Of a DNA stretch of 59,828 bases, positions 30,483 through 39,769 are shown piece by piece (the stretch's first letter is position 1; every line of letters starts with the position of its first letter). The DNA is from a virus (lineage: Duplodnaviria; Caudoviricetes). The position numbers and the translations under genes are program-made. Under the pieces are notes generated by a model that did no database searches, had not been told where the DNA came from, and worked only from the letters and a program-made list of their open reading frames with translations. Where the stretch lies: positions 1 to 59,828 of IMG/VR virus record IMGVR_UViG_3300045931_000157; one strand, given 5' to 3'.

Positions 30483-30785
30483 CTATCTCCTGTTGGCCGG
30501 ATGCTTCGGATCGGTCGGCCAGCCATCGGCATCAACCTCGTCGGTGTAGCCGCGATGTTCGATGGCTTGCTTTTGGTTGCTGTGGCAGGAGCTGCAGAGG
30601 CTCTGCAGATCGCCCAGCGAAAACAGTGTCCAGTTGCCTTTGTGCGGAATGACGTGATCAGCCACCGTGGCGCGCGTGACCACTCCGCGGTTCAGGCAGA
30701 ACTTGCACAGCGGGTGATGCTTGAGCTGCAGCGTGCGTCGGCGTTGCCATCGCGCCGTGTCGTAGAACCGCTGCCAGTCTCTCAT
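30483..30785 (-). CDS. Packaging-associated HNH endonuclease
   Basis: PLCKFC...ATVADHVIPHKG...LQSLCSSCH. Confidence 0.92.
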   Translation of the reverse strand: MRDWQRFYDTARWQRRRTLQLKHHPLCKFCLNRGVVTRATVADHVIPHKGNWTLFSLGDLQSLCSSCHSNQKQAIEHRGYTDEVDADGWPTDPKHPANRR

Positions 30786-32446
30786 CCGATCAGGGCCTCG
30801 ATGTCCACCGGCCTGGCGCCCTTGCGATCACGCGAGCGCAAGCCCATCAGCATCGCGAGTGCCACCGCGCCGTCGATGCGGAAGCGTGCCTTGTCCTTGT
30901 CCAGCTTGCGCAGGCCTGCAGGGTCCATCGCAGCCACTGCGTTTGCGATGTTCCAGTTCAGCACTGGATTGTTGGAATGGATCAGCGTGCGATCAATCAC
31001 GGCACGCTCCAGGGCATCAATGGCTGGCCCCATGTCCTTGAAGCCTTGGCCCCATGGCACCAGGCGCAAGCCATCAGTGAGGCGCGGCCTGGCTCCCAGG
31101 GTGACGCGCTGGAATTTTTCATCAGGCTCCTTGCTTGGGTCCTCGTAAGCCTGCAGGCCGATGCGGTCGAACTCGCGCAGCAGGTCCTGGATGCGCCAGC
31201 GGTCATACGCCATGCCCTTGACGCGGTAACGCTGCGACAGCTCAGCGATGAACAGCGCGACCACTTCGGGATTGATGGTGCGGCCAGGTGAGGCCAGCAG
31301 GTGGCCTGCCTCCAGCCATTCGACGTAGCGGAACGTGCCAGTGCCGAAATCCCGCTGCGATTGTTCGCGCAGCAGGTCCTTCGGCTTCCAGAAATACGGC
31401 ACGATGCGGCACGGATCAGAAGCTGAGCCGACCAGCAGTGCTGTCAGGTCCAGCACGCTGGACAGGTCCAGTGCCAGGTACACCTCCTCGCCTTCCTGCA
31501 GCTGCACCTCACCAGCACAGGCCATCCATTCAGAGCGCGACAGCAGCGCAGACACTGGCGCGATGCGCTGGTTCAGGAACAGGTTGCGCACCTTCGGCTC
31601 CTCGGCAGGCATGCGCTTGGCCTTCCGAATGGCCGCCACCAGGTCCTCGCGGTCGCGAAACTTGCCGAGCGCCGGATTGGCCTTGCGCCATTGCCGCTCA
31701 TCGCCCAGGTCGCAATCCTCATCGGCTGCGTAGAGGTGGCAGACGATGGTCGGATCTACACCTGCCTGGCCGTCATCAATCAGCTGGCTCAGGATGTGCT
31801 CAGGGTCATTGCTCTGCGTGCTGATGGTGATGAACAGCGGCTCATCGCGAGCGCCGAATGCAGTGTCCATCACATCGTACAGCGTGCGATTTTTCGCCTG
31901 CGCCAGTTCATCGTAGATCACCAGGCTGGGCATATAGCCGTGCTTGGTGCCAGCCTCTGCACTGATCGCTCGGTAGATCGAGCCAGTGCGCCTGGCGATC
32001 ATGGTCTTGGTCGAGGCCACGATCTCCAGTTCGCCGCGCAGCTCTGGCTCCAGCTCAACAATCTGCCTGGCGAACTTGAACACGATGGCTGCCTGGTCGC
32101 GGTCATTGGCAGCTGAATAGATTTCGCCGTGCACGATGGCCTCTGGACCGATCAGGTGTGCCAGCGCCAGCGTTGCGATCAGTGCGGTTTTGCCATTCTT
32201 GCGCGCCACCGAGAGGATGGCACGGCGCACCGCACGATTGCCGTTCGGCATGTGCGGCTCGTAGATGTCGCGAATGAATTTCTTTTGCCAGGCATCCAGC
32301 TTGAACGGTTTGCCCTGGCCCTTGCCACTGGGCACGGTCAATCGCTGGATGAAATCAATGACCAGTTTCGCACGCTGTCTGCCTCGCGGCGTGCGTCTAA
32401 CTTGCGAGGAGGCCCGCAAACTTGCTCTGTTGTGCTTCGCCAACAC
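30782..32446 (-). CDS. terL: Terminase large subunit (start uncertain)
   Basis: ARKNGKT Walker A, YDELA Walker B, LDLS nuclease motif, RIDGAVA. Confidence 0.95.
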   Translation of the reverse strand: MLAKHNRASLRASSQVRRTPRGRQRAKLVIDFIQRLTVPSGKGQGKPFKLDAWQKKFIRDIYEPHMPNGNRAVRRAILSVARKNGKTALIATLALAHLIGPEAIVHGEIYSAANDRDQAAIVFKFARQIVELEPELRGELEIVASTKTMIARRTGSIYRAISAEAGTKHGYMPSLVIYDELAQAKNRTLYDVMDTAFGARDEPLFITISTQSNDPEHILSQLIDDGQAGVDPTIVCHLYAADEDCDLGDERQWRKANPALGKFRDREDLVAAIRKAKRMPAEEPKVRNLFLNQRIAPVSALLSRSEWMACAGEVQLQEGEEVYLALDLSSVLDLTALLVGSASDPCRIVPYFWKPKDLLREQSQRDFGTGTFRYVEWLEAGHLLASPGRTINPEVVALFIAELSQRYRVKGMAYDRWRIQDLLREFDRIGLQAYEDPSKEPDEKFQRVTLGARPRLTDGLRLVPWGQGFKDMGPAIDALERAVIDRTLIHSNNPVLNWNIANAVAAMDPAGLRKLDKDKARFRIDGAVALAMLMGLRSRDRKGARPVDIEALIG

Positions 32447-32891
32447 CGGCTGCGATGCGGCTGCGTGCTGCTGGTGTCATGCCGAACTCGGATGCGTAGC
32501 GGCACATATCGCCAGCAGCCTTCCTGGCAATCGACAGCAGCGGATTGATGTGAGCCTGCTTGTCGCGCTTCACCAGCAGGCCCTGGAAAACCGGATCGCC
32601 GCTGCGCATTTTGGCCAGGGCTTCCTCAGCCATCTTCCAGGTGCCGTAGGCCTGGGAGTAGGCAGCCAGCGGCCCATAATCGACAATGGTGAGCAGCCCC
32701 AGGCGGTGCAGCTCCAGCACGATGCGGTGCCACTCATCCTGGCCATACGGGCACAAAAAGTCGGGCGGCTCTGGCACGTCATCAGGGATCAGCGGCCTCG
32801 GCTCGTCGTAGCTCAGCTTCTTGTGTCCTGGATTGCCGCGCAGCACCTGCAGGTGCGTGGGGATCGGGCGCGGTCCTCGCGGGCCACTCAT
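32397..32891 (-). CDS. terS: Terminase small subunit, P27 family
   Basis: RGPRPIPT..LRGNPG; INPLL...EFGMTPAARSRI. Confidence 0.92.
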   Translation of the reverse strand: MSGPRGPRPIPTHLQVLRGNPGHKKLSYDEPRPLIPDDVPEPPDFLCPYGQDEWHRIVLELHRLGLLTIVDYGPLAAYSQAYGTWKMAEEALAKMRSGDPVFQGLLVKRDKQAHINPLLSIARKAAGDMCRYASEFGMTPAARSRIAAGVGEAQQSKFAGLLAS

Positions 32892-33796
32892 GTGCGTTGC
32901 TCCTTGTTCAGCTTCACTGCACCGTAGCGTTCAGCCATCAGCTGCAGGCCGTACTCGTTCACGCCGACTGGTCGCTCCAGGTCCTTGCGCAGCAGCAGCT
33001 TGTTGCGCTCCTGGAATCGGCTGTAGTCCACGAAGTGGTGCCAGCGGTTGAATTTCCAGACCACCTTGGCGACGTCAGGATGCAGCTTCACCAGCACCTT
33101 GCTCTTGAGCAGCGTGCCGTCTTGATAAATCTCGTCGGTGTTGCCGCCTGCCATCTTCTGCGTGGCGATCTTCTTTTGCAGGAAGGCGTAGAACTGCACC
33201 GTGCACCAGCCAGCCTTGAGACAGCGCAGGCTCAGGTCAGTGTCCTCGTTGTAGCGGCTGCGCCAGCGAAACGGCAGGTCGTTGCGGATCAGAATGCAGC
33301 TGTAAATTCGCGTATTGAACACCAGCGGAGCGAACTTGGTTTTGCGCGGCGCAAACATTTCATAGGCAGGGCCAGCCATCGCGACGTTGCGATAGCGCAG
33401 ACAGAAATCCTCCATCGCACGAAAGTGAGTGCCGTCGCCAAGCGAAGTTTTCTGGTTGCGGTTGAGGCGATAGAAGCCGCCGATGTTGTCATCCATCACC
33501 CAGTGCCAGGCATGGCCTTCGCTGATGGAATGCTCCCAGGCGCAGTTGCGAGCTGGCCCGGATCCTGTGCCAAGCCCCTGGGCATCACCATCAGGGTCGC
33601 AAGTGTCGAAATTCTTTTTGAAGGCTGGATCGAGCACCAGCAGCTTGCTGCGATCAATCACTGCGGCGTAGCTGTCCAGCTCCTGCGGCTCCACGATCAC
33701 GCGATAGGGCACACCCATCGCGTCCAGGTGGCGCATGGTCAGGCGGCTTGCTGCTCTGCCCTTGCTCGGAATGTAGATCGGGAATTGCGGATTCAT
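32888..33796 (-). CDS. GT-A fold glycosyltransferase, TET-associated (TAGT/GREB1-like) type
   Basis: [33 protein letters not shown] and GGNT motifs. Confidence 0.82.
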   Translation of the reverse strand: MNPQFPIYIPSKGRAASRLTMRHLDAMGVPYRVIVEPQELDSYAAVIDRSKLLVLDPAFKKNFDTCDPDGDAQGLGTGSGPARNCAWEHSISEGHAWHWVMDDNIGGFYRLNRNQKTSLGDGTHFRAMEDFCLRYRNVAMAGPAYEMFAPRKTKFAPLVFNTRIYSCILIRNDLPFRWRSRYNEDTDLSLRCLKAGWCTVQFYAFLQKKIATQKMAGGNTDEIYQDGTLLKSKVLVKLHPDVAKVVWKFNRWHHFVDYSRFQERNKLLLRKDLERPVGVNEYGLQLMAERYGAVKLNKEQRT

Positions 33797-33978
33797 CCTG
33801 CGTAATCGCGCCGCCTGCGATCAGCACGCTCAGCCAGCTTGTCGTACTCATCAGCAATGCGCAGCATCGCAGCCTTGGCTTCGCGGTCTTTCATATCTGC
33901 GGCCAGGGTTCTCATTTGCTCAGCCCGCTTGCGCCAGTGTGCCGGGTTGCGGATCGGATTGCTGCTCTGCTTGGGCAT
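33793..33978 (-). CDS. Small helical hypothetical protein (61 aa)
   Basis: [13 protein letters not shown]...[15 protein letters not shown]; stop overlaps the glycosyltransferase start. Confidence 0.7.
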   Translation of the reverse strand: MPKQSSNPIRNPAHWRKRAEQMRTLAADMKDREAKAAMLRIADEYDKLAERADRRRRDYAG

Positions 33979-35023
33979 TGGCTGACCTGTCGAAGCGGCC
34001 GACAGCAGGATCAGCCTCAAGGGGCCGCCAGGTCTGGCCATTCCAGAAGCGATCAACTTGCTTGTCGCTCCAGTGTTTGAAATCGCAGCGGCTGAACGTG
34101 ATGTTGCACTTGCGGCAGGCGTAGTCAGTATCGGCACGGTTTTTCAGACGCAGGCGGCGGCGCACCGTCTGCATTTCCTCGCCATACCAAAACGCCATGA
34201 AGCCTTCAGCACCTTCATTCACATTGCCGAATTTGCCTTCACTCTTGTGCATTCCATCCTGGCAGCACAGCAGGAAGGCACCAGAGGCGGCGACCGTGAC
34301 ATAGAGGAACGGCTGATTGCAGCGCCTGGCCAGCGGCTGCTCCAGGGGCTTCATGCCGAAGCGTTTGCCAGCATCCCAGTCCAGATTGCCATACCAGTTG
34401 CCCAGCAGACCGGCGCGGTAGCGCGACTTCGGCCAGCGCGTTGGTTCATCCATCAGCACGATCAGCTTGGTTTTCGGCCCGTAATATTTCCAGGGCGTGG
34501 GTGCGAACTCAGGGGCCACGCACTTGCCGCTGGCTTCGTTGTAGTAGGCGAAGAACGGATACTTCGATTGCGCAGCCAGCTTGTGGAAGCGCGAGCGCGG
34601 CCCGTACATGTCGGTGTAAATGATGTTCGCCCCTGCATCCAGGAAGCCATCGTAGGTCACGTCACCTGTCAGCAGCTTGGTGCCGTTGGTCGTGATTTGA
34701 ATTTGCACCAGTGGTGCCAGCTCACGCGCGATCCTCAGCCAGGCTGTCAGCTGAGGATGCAGGGTCGGCTCACCGACGACGCCGCAAATGTCAACGCGCA
34801 CGGTGGGTGAAACCTTGTTGATCGTGGTGAACAGCTTGCGCCAGGTCTGCTCGCTCATCTGGTGTTCGTTGTGCTTCTCAATCAGCCCAGCACAGCAGTG
34901 GCCGCATTTCAGATTGCAGCCATAGACTGGCTCGATCACCCAAACATTTGGCGAAGTGCTACCCAGCGGCTTGATCTTCTTTTGATGGCCGAAGCCCTTG
35001 GTGATCGCAGGCCAGTTGAACAT
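33920..35023 (-). CDS. Radical SAM enzyme with SPASM/twitch-like C-terminal domain
   Basis: CNLKCGHC (CX3CX2C), GEPTLHP, TTNG; C-terminal CNQPF...G...CCQD...GNV...CRKC. Confidence 0.92.
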   Translation of the reverse strand: MFNWPAITKGFGHQKKIKPLGSTSPNVWVIEPVYGCNLKCGHCCAGLIEKHNEHQMSEQTWRKLFTTINKVSPTVRVDICGVVGEPTLHPQLTAWLRIARELAPLVQIQITTNGTKLLTGDVTYDGFLDAGANIIYTDMYGPRSRFHKLAAQSKYPFFAYYNEASGKCVAPEFAPTPWKYYGPKTKLIVLMDEPTRWPKSRYRAGLLGNWYGNLDWDAGKRFGMKPLEQPLARRCNQPFLYVTVAASGAFLLCCQDGMHKSEGKFGNVNEGAEGFMAFWYGEEMQTVRRRLRLKNRADTDYACRKCNITFSRCDFKHWSDKQVDRFWNGQTWRPLEADPAVGRFDRSANAQAEQQSDPQPGTLAQAG

Positions 35024-35715
35024 CAGCGGCCCCCTGAGTTGGCCTGGAGCAGCTCGGCAACTGGAGGCAGTTCATCGCTGCCCTTCTTGGCCTTGAACTG
35101 CTGGGCGACGTAGCTCTGTCGATCAGCGCGCGGAAACCAGAGAAACTTCGTCTTGTCGCTCATGTCCTGCTGCACCAGGTGGCAGAATTGCTTGACGGCC
35201 TCAGCATCCTTGAAGTGAAGCATGATGGTGCGAAAGGCCTCAGCACTGTTCTGCTCGTACTCAGGCATGCCAACGTATTCGCGGATCGGATCATTGGCAG
35301 GTGCAGTGAGCTGCTCAGCCTCTACCTGGGTGAAGCCTGTCAGGTCAGTGTCGAAGCCCAGGGTCTGCAGTTCATTCAGCTCCAGCGTGAGCATCGCGGA
35401 ATCCCAGCTGGAATTTTCTGTGAGCCTGTTATCGGCAATGCGGTAGGCACGAACCTGGGCTTCGCTCCAACCACGAGCGACCATGACTGGCACCTGATCC
35501 AGCTTTAATCGCTGTGCAGCCAGGACTCTCCCATGCCCAGCGATGATCTCCCCACGCTCATCGACCAGGACCGGCATCGTCCAGCCCCACTCCTGAATCG
35601 AGTCGGCCAGCTGCTCAATCTGAGCGTCAGAGTGAATGCGAGCATTCCTGGCCGATGGAAGCAGCTCAGCGATTGCACGCCGCTCCACATGGTCTGCAGG
35701 CCATTTCACAGTCAT
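35023..35715 (-). CDS. ParB/Srx N-terminal domain protein with an additional C-terminal domain
   Basis: NARIHS..QI..LADSIQEWGW..PVLVD, IIAGHGR..AA, AYRIADNRL. Confidence 0.9.
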   Translation of the reverse strand: MTVKWPADHVERRAIAELLPSARNARIHSDAQIEQLADSIQEWGWTMPVLVDERGEIIAGHGRVLAAQRLKLDQVPVMVARGWSEAQVRAYRIADNRLTENSSWDSAMLTLELNELQTLGFDTDLTGFTQVEAEQLTAPANDPIREYVGMPEYEQNSAEAFRTIMLHFKDAEAVKQFCHLVQQDMSDKTKFLWFPRADRQSYVAQQFKAKKGSDELPPVAELLQANSGGR

Positions 35716-36009
35716 CTGCGATCCTTCGGTTAGAACGTTTTTTCGCTGGCGATTTTCAAAACCTCAGGGCGCTCACGGAAAGGCCCCGCTCCGCTGGCCC
35801 GCCGCGCGACTTCTGAGCGGTTTGCACGCCCCCCCTGGCCATGCAGTCCCACTGCCCCCCGGTTCCCGCTGCAACGCTTTGCAGGAGCTGCGGTTTATTC
35901 GCGTCGGTTTTGCTTGAACTGGGCGCTGGCGTGGCCCATATATAGGCCACTACCCCGGTCCTTTGGCTCATATCTGAGCCGGGCCACCTGAACCAAGAAA
36001 GGAAACAAG

Positions 36010-36456
36010 ATGACGACCATTCTCAAAGGCCACACCTCGCCAGAGACTGCGTACCTGGTCAGCGACTATCCCTATGGCTTCAAGCTGCGCTGCTCCATCC
36101 GCTACTGGATTGAGTATGCACCAAAGAAGGGATTTCGGTTTGTCTCACAGACCACCAACCCGAAGCGCGGCAATGTTTGGAACAAGCCCAAGGCTTCCAC
36201 TTACTGCAAGTTCGGTGGCTGCTTGTTCATCAATGATGAAGGCCACGTCACCTGGTCTGGCCTGACTGAATACTGCAACAGCCAGGAGGCACAGGCCTTC
36301 CTCAACACCTATGGCGCAGGTGTCCCTGAGGCTGGCTTGCCAGTGCTGCGCAAGTGGGTTGCTGCCAAGGTGGCCTATGACAGCAATCGCCAGTCAGATG
36401 ATCCACTCCATGTCGGTCTGCCTGAAGCCCGCAAAGCCTTCAGCGTGACGGAGTGA
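36010..36456 (+). CDS. Hypothetical protein (148 aa)
   Basis: RBS AAAGGA; first gene of a rightward accessory operon. Confidence 0.75.
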   Translation: MTTILKGHTSPETAYLVSDYPYGFKLRCSIRYWIEYAPKKGFRFVSQTTNPKRGNVWNKPKASTYCKFGGCLFINDEGHVTWSGLTEYCNSQEAQAFLNTYGAGVPEAGLPVLRKWVAAKVAYDSNRQSDDPLHVGLPEARKAFSVTE

Positions 36457-36779
36457 CCATGCGCACCTTCATCACTGCTGCAGCTCTGGCACTGCTGGTG
36501 CACTCAGCACAGGCTGCGCCCTTCACCGGCAATGACCTGGTGCAGGAGTGCGAAGCACAGACTCCGATGTGCACTGGCTTCCTGCTGGGCGTGTCCGACA
36601 TAGCCCTTCAGCTCAAGGCCGTTTGCGTGCCAGCTGCATCAACCAACCAGCTGCGCGCTGTCGTGCTGAGCTATCTGCGAAAAAATCCAAATCGCTGGCA
36701 TGAGAACGCAGCCAGGCTGGTGCGCTTGGCTCTGCTTGATGCCTGGCCCTGTTTTGACCTGAGTGAGCCAAAGCCATGA
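36453..36779 (+). CDS. Rap1a/Tai-family T6SS amidase immunity-like periplasmic protein
   Basis: Signal peptide (AQA); TGNDLVQEC...CTGFLLGVSD...CVP...V..YL..NP...AL..AWPC. Confidence 0.82.
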   Translation: MTMRTFITAAALALLVHSAQAAPFTGNDLVQECEAQTPMCTGFLLGVSDIALQLKAVCVPAASTNQLRAVVLSYLRKNPNRWHENAARLVRLALLDAWPCFDLSEPKP

Positions 36780-37030
36780 ACATCGACACACCTGAGCTGC
36801 CCTGGTTCTCGCAGGGCCTCACACCTGAAACCATCACGCGCTGGCGCGAGCGCCTGTTCCTGTCACAGCGTGAAGCTGCCAGGAAGCTGGGCTGCTCGCG
36901 TGGTGCATTGGCTGGCTGGGAAAGTGGCCAGACCGAAATTCCGCGCTACATCGGCCTGGCAATGGCAGCCCTGGCCCTTGGCATCGACCCTTGGAAACAG
37001 CAAGCCGATGAGAGTGACCAGCATGAGTGA
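36776..37030 (+). CDS. XRE-family HTH protein
   Basis: WRERLFLSQREAARKLGCSRGALAGWESG. Confidence 0.85.
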   Translation: MNIDTPELPWFSQGLTPETITRWRERLFLSQREAARKLGCSRGALAGWESGQTEIPRYIGLAMAALALGIDPWKQQADESDQHE

Positions 37031-37526
37031 ACAGCAACTGCGCCAGCTCATCGAGTACGCATCAGGCTTTGCCGAGGGTGTCATGGCCAAGGATGGCTAC
37101 GTCGCTTCGCTCTGGCACTGTGTCAAGGCAGACGGCCAGCAGATCGTCACGCCTCATCCTGCAGGCGACAAGGATTTGGCCAACGCGATGATGCGCGCGT
37201 TTTTTGATCTGCATGACGTGGTTCGCTACGTCTATTTGGGCGAGGCCTGGACACTGCTGCAGCCTGAGAGCGAGCAGGCCGTCAATGACTGGATCGCCAA
37301 ACACGGCAGCCTGAAGGATCACCCGCGCCGCAAGGAGGTGGTGCAGCTCATGGGCGAGGACAGCGAATGCGGTCAGCACATTTGGTGGCGCGAAATCATC
37401 CGGCCCAAAAACCGCAAGCCATATCTTGGGCCGCTCCAGACTTTCCAGGAGCTGCATCCTGGCAAGCCACTTGAATCCAGAGGCCGCATGGTTGGCATGC
37501 TGCCAGTGAGAGGAACGAAGCAATGA
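37023..37526 (+). CDS. Hypothetical protein (167 aa)
   Basis: Likely start MSEQQL; EAW and HPRRKE motifs. Confidence 0.7.
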   Translation: MSEQQLRQLIEYASGFAEGVMAKDGYVASLWHCVKADGQQIVTPHPAGDKDLANAMMRAFFDLHDVVRYVYLGEAWTLLQPESEQAVNDWIAKHGSLKDHPRRKEVVQLMGEDSECGQHIWWREIIRPKNRKPYLGPLQTFQELHPGKPLESRGRMVGMLPVRGTKQ

Positions 37527-38029
37527 TGAAAAACAATGACCGTGCCGCGCTTAAAATGAAGCACTGGCAGCAACATCAAAAGCTGATCAAGTGGCTGACT
37601 GCAGCGCGGCGTCGAGCCGGGCTGCGGCAGGTCGATCTCGGCAAGCAGATGGGCCACAGTCAGGCGTGGATGGCACGCGTCGAGGCTGGCGGTCGCCGCA
37701 TTGATGTCAACGAATTTTTGATGTTGGCACAGTTGCTGCGCTTTGACCCATGCAAGGCTATGCGAAGCATTTCAAGTCTGCTGCTGCTGCTGCTGGCCCT
37801 GTCTGCCAGTTCAGCCCTGGCCCAGGGCCAGGTCACGATCTACAAGCCAGGCGGATCAGTGGCAGGGCGTGCTGTCACAGCACCAGGTGGCGGCACCACG
37901 TTCTACGATGCAGGCGGCAACGTGGCAGGCAAGGCCTCCACCAGCCCCAGCGGCACGACCACGTTCTACGATGCCAGGGGCAACGTGACGGGCCGTGCCG
38001 CTTCTGCGCCCAGCTCTGGACGCAAATAG
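37523..38029 (+). CDS. XRE HTH fused to a hydrophobic segment and TTFYDAxG repeats
   Basis: HTH (RRRAGLRQVDLG...RVEAGGRRIDV.EF), then LLLLLLALSASSALA, then three ~21-aa repeats. Confidence 0.75.
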   Translation: MMKNNDRAALKMKHWQQHQKLIKWLTAARRRAGLRQVDLGKQMGHSQAWMARVEAGGRRIDVNEFLMLAQLLRFDPCKAMRSISSLLLLLLALSASSALAQGQVTIYKPGGSVAGRAVTAPGGGTTFYDAGGNVAGKASTSPSGTTTFYDARGNVTGRAASAPSSGRK

Positions 38030-38076
38030 AACTGTTCGCTATAACGCCGCCGTTCAGGTGGAATACATCCCCCTTG

Positions 38077-38104
38077 CCCCGGCCTTGTGCCGGGGCTTTT
38101 TTTA
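38077..38104 (+). terminator. Rho-independent terminator
   Basis: GCCCCGGC-cttgt-GCCGGGGC followed by a T run. Confidence 0.85.
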
Positions 38105-38392
38105 TATCCGTGGGAAGCGCGGCAAGCCTGAGCCGATCAGGCAGCTGAGCAGCATGAAGATCAGCCACAGCACGAAAATCATGATGACTGCCCACACGAT
38201 GATGTTGAGAGCTGCTGCAACGAAGCCCAGCAGACCGCCGCCAGACGGTGCAGCTGCAAAGGTCGGCGGCCAGAACGGTCCTGCAGCACCACCCAGGGCC
38301 GAAATCAGCAGACGCAGCAGGGCCACCACTGCGATCAGCACGATGACGTAGATCGCAACGTCATACCAAAACGCCAGCGACAGGCAGGCCAT
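38102..38392 (-). CDS. Two-TM membrane protein (96 aa), possible holin
   Basis: GGAGG RBS; two long hydrophobic helices and a basic C-terminus. Confidence 0.65.
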   Translation of the reverse strand: MACLSLAFWYDVAIYVIVLIAVVALLRLLISALGGAAGPFWPPTFAAAPSGGGLLGFVAAALNIIVWAVIMIFVLWLIFMLLSCLIGSGLPRFPRI

Positions 38393-38552
38393 GTGAACCT
38401 CCATGCGCAAATCGACCGCGCTAGGGGGGCCATGCGCGGCCGATTCGGGGTTCTGCTTTGAGGGTAACGTGCGCAGCTTCAGCTGAGAGGGGAAAGACTC
38501 ACACTGATGGCCGCGCCCGTGCGCGCGATAGAGCAACCAAAAAAATCTTTTG

Positions 38553-39257
38553 TCAACGGTGCTGACCTGGCAGCAGCGGAAAAATCTTCGGCAGCAGTGC
38601 GGCGCCGAAGCTGGTGACGTCACCCTGCAGCACTGCAACAAAAACGACGCGGCGCAAGCGCGCTCTGGCTTCTGCGTAGCTCATGTAGCGCCCATGCTGC
38701 TTGGCTTCTAAGCGCCATTCCCGAAATCCGCGGTTGAACCACGACAGCTCACCTGACGCATTCGCGGCCTCGATTATTTTCTGCACCTCGGTGACAGCAA
38801 TGCGCACGCGCTGCATCACCACGCTATGCGGCGTCATCTGGACACCCATGCGCTGCGCGGCCTCCGCGATCGCTTGGATGGAAGGCCCGCAGGAGGCGGT
38901 GAGGATCCGCCTGGCTATGTCTGCATCGTCGACCCAGCTGGCCCAGCTCAACCGCCAGGCCAGGTGCTGACGGCGCAACTCCAGCATGGTGCGGCGCAAA
39001 TCCCGCGACACGCCACTGCGGCGTTCGATGTGATTGCCTTCGCAATCGGCAATGTAGATCGCGGCCACCTCTGCTGCGATCAGGTATTCACGCAGCGTGC
39101 CGCGTGGCAGTTCAGGCTCAGAACACCGGGGAACGCTCGCGGCGTAGCGAGCGGGCGATGATGCTGCAGCCCTTGTCGTGGTTGTGCCTCCAGGCATCAG
39201 GATGACCGCCGAACCTTCTGGAAACCCAGCCTGCGTCACGGTCCAGGCTATGCGCAA
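38553..39257 (-). CDS. Hypothetical protein (true start probably well downstream of 39257)
   Basis: C-terminal part is protein-like; 5' part overlaps the next gene. Confidence 0.45.
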   Translation of the reverse strand: MRIAWTVTQAGFPEGSAVILMPGGTTTTRAAASSPARYAASVPRCSEPELPRGTLREYLIAAEVAAIYIADCEGNHIERRSGVSRDLRRTMLELRRQHLAWRLSWASWVDDADIARRILTASCGPSIQAIAEAAQRMGVQMTPHSVVMQRVRIAVTEVQKIIEAANASGELSWFNRGFREWRLEAKQHGRYMSYAEARARLRRVVFVAVLQGDVTSFGAALLPKIFPLLPGQHR

Positions 39258-39588
39258 ATGCGACCCAATTCACGGCACGCACCAGGCACAGATCACTGGT
39301 CAGGAATTGCATCGGCCAATACAGCGCCAGTTCCATGCGCGTGATGTCGCGATAGCTCGGCAGCATGCGGATGTAGTTTTGCTGCTGCTGCGTGCGCTCC
39401 AGTTCACCCTGCTCAGCCTGGTGCAGCAGGTCCTCGAACTCGTAGCAGTAGGCAGGCCAGCAGCCGGATTTTTTGCTGATGCCTCCAGTGGGGAGGAGGC
39501 GCAGCGTGCGCAATGCCTCCACCAGGCGGCAGCTCACATGGCCGCCTGACCACCTGGACGGAGCCTCGTCCAACAGCTCGAGCAGCAC
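39118..39588 (-). CDS. DUF6362-like putative late transcription regulator
   Basis: W....V..RLVEA..TL..LP...WP.Y and PS..DITRME.AL.W; Q-like position between replication and late genes. Confidence 0.6.
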   Translation of the reverse strand: MLLELLDEAPSRWSGGHVSCRLVEALRTLRLLPTGGISKKSGCWPAYCYEFEDLLHQAEQGELERTQQQQNYIRMLPSYRDITRMELALYWPMQFLTSDLCLVRAVNWVAFAHSLDRDAGWVSRRFGGHPDAWRHNHDKGCSIIARSLRRERSPVF

Positions 39589-39769
39589 TGTTCAAGCATC
39601 CGAGGCGCACACGCACTGTGTTCGTACCGGCTCCGGGTTCCAGTGTCCACGACCGAGCATTCACAAAAACGGAACCTCTTTCTGTTCCCTCCTCCAACTG
39701 CTGCTGCTGATGCCGACAGGTTGCTGGCTTTCCGAGGAAGGACTCTGGAGGGGGTGGGAGACGTATCAC

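Noticed and set aside
32897-33805. 302-aa plus-strand ORF mirroring the glycosyltransferase
   Set aside because: Codon-aligned antisense shadow with no recognisable motifs
33920-35023. QueE/7-deazaguanine or MoaA pathway assignment for the radical SAM gene
   Set aside because: No queC, queD, folE, dpdA or moa genes seen, and the C-terminal Cys cluster is SPASM/twitch-like rather than QueE-like
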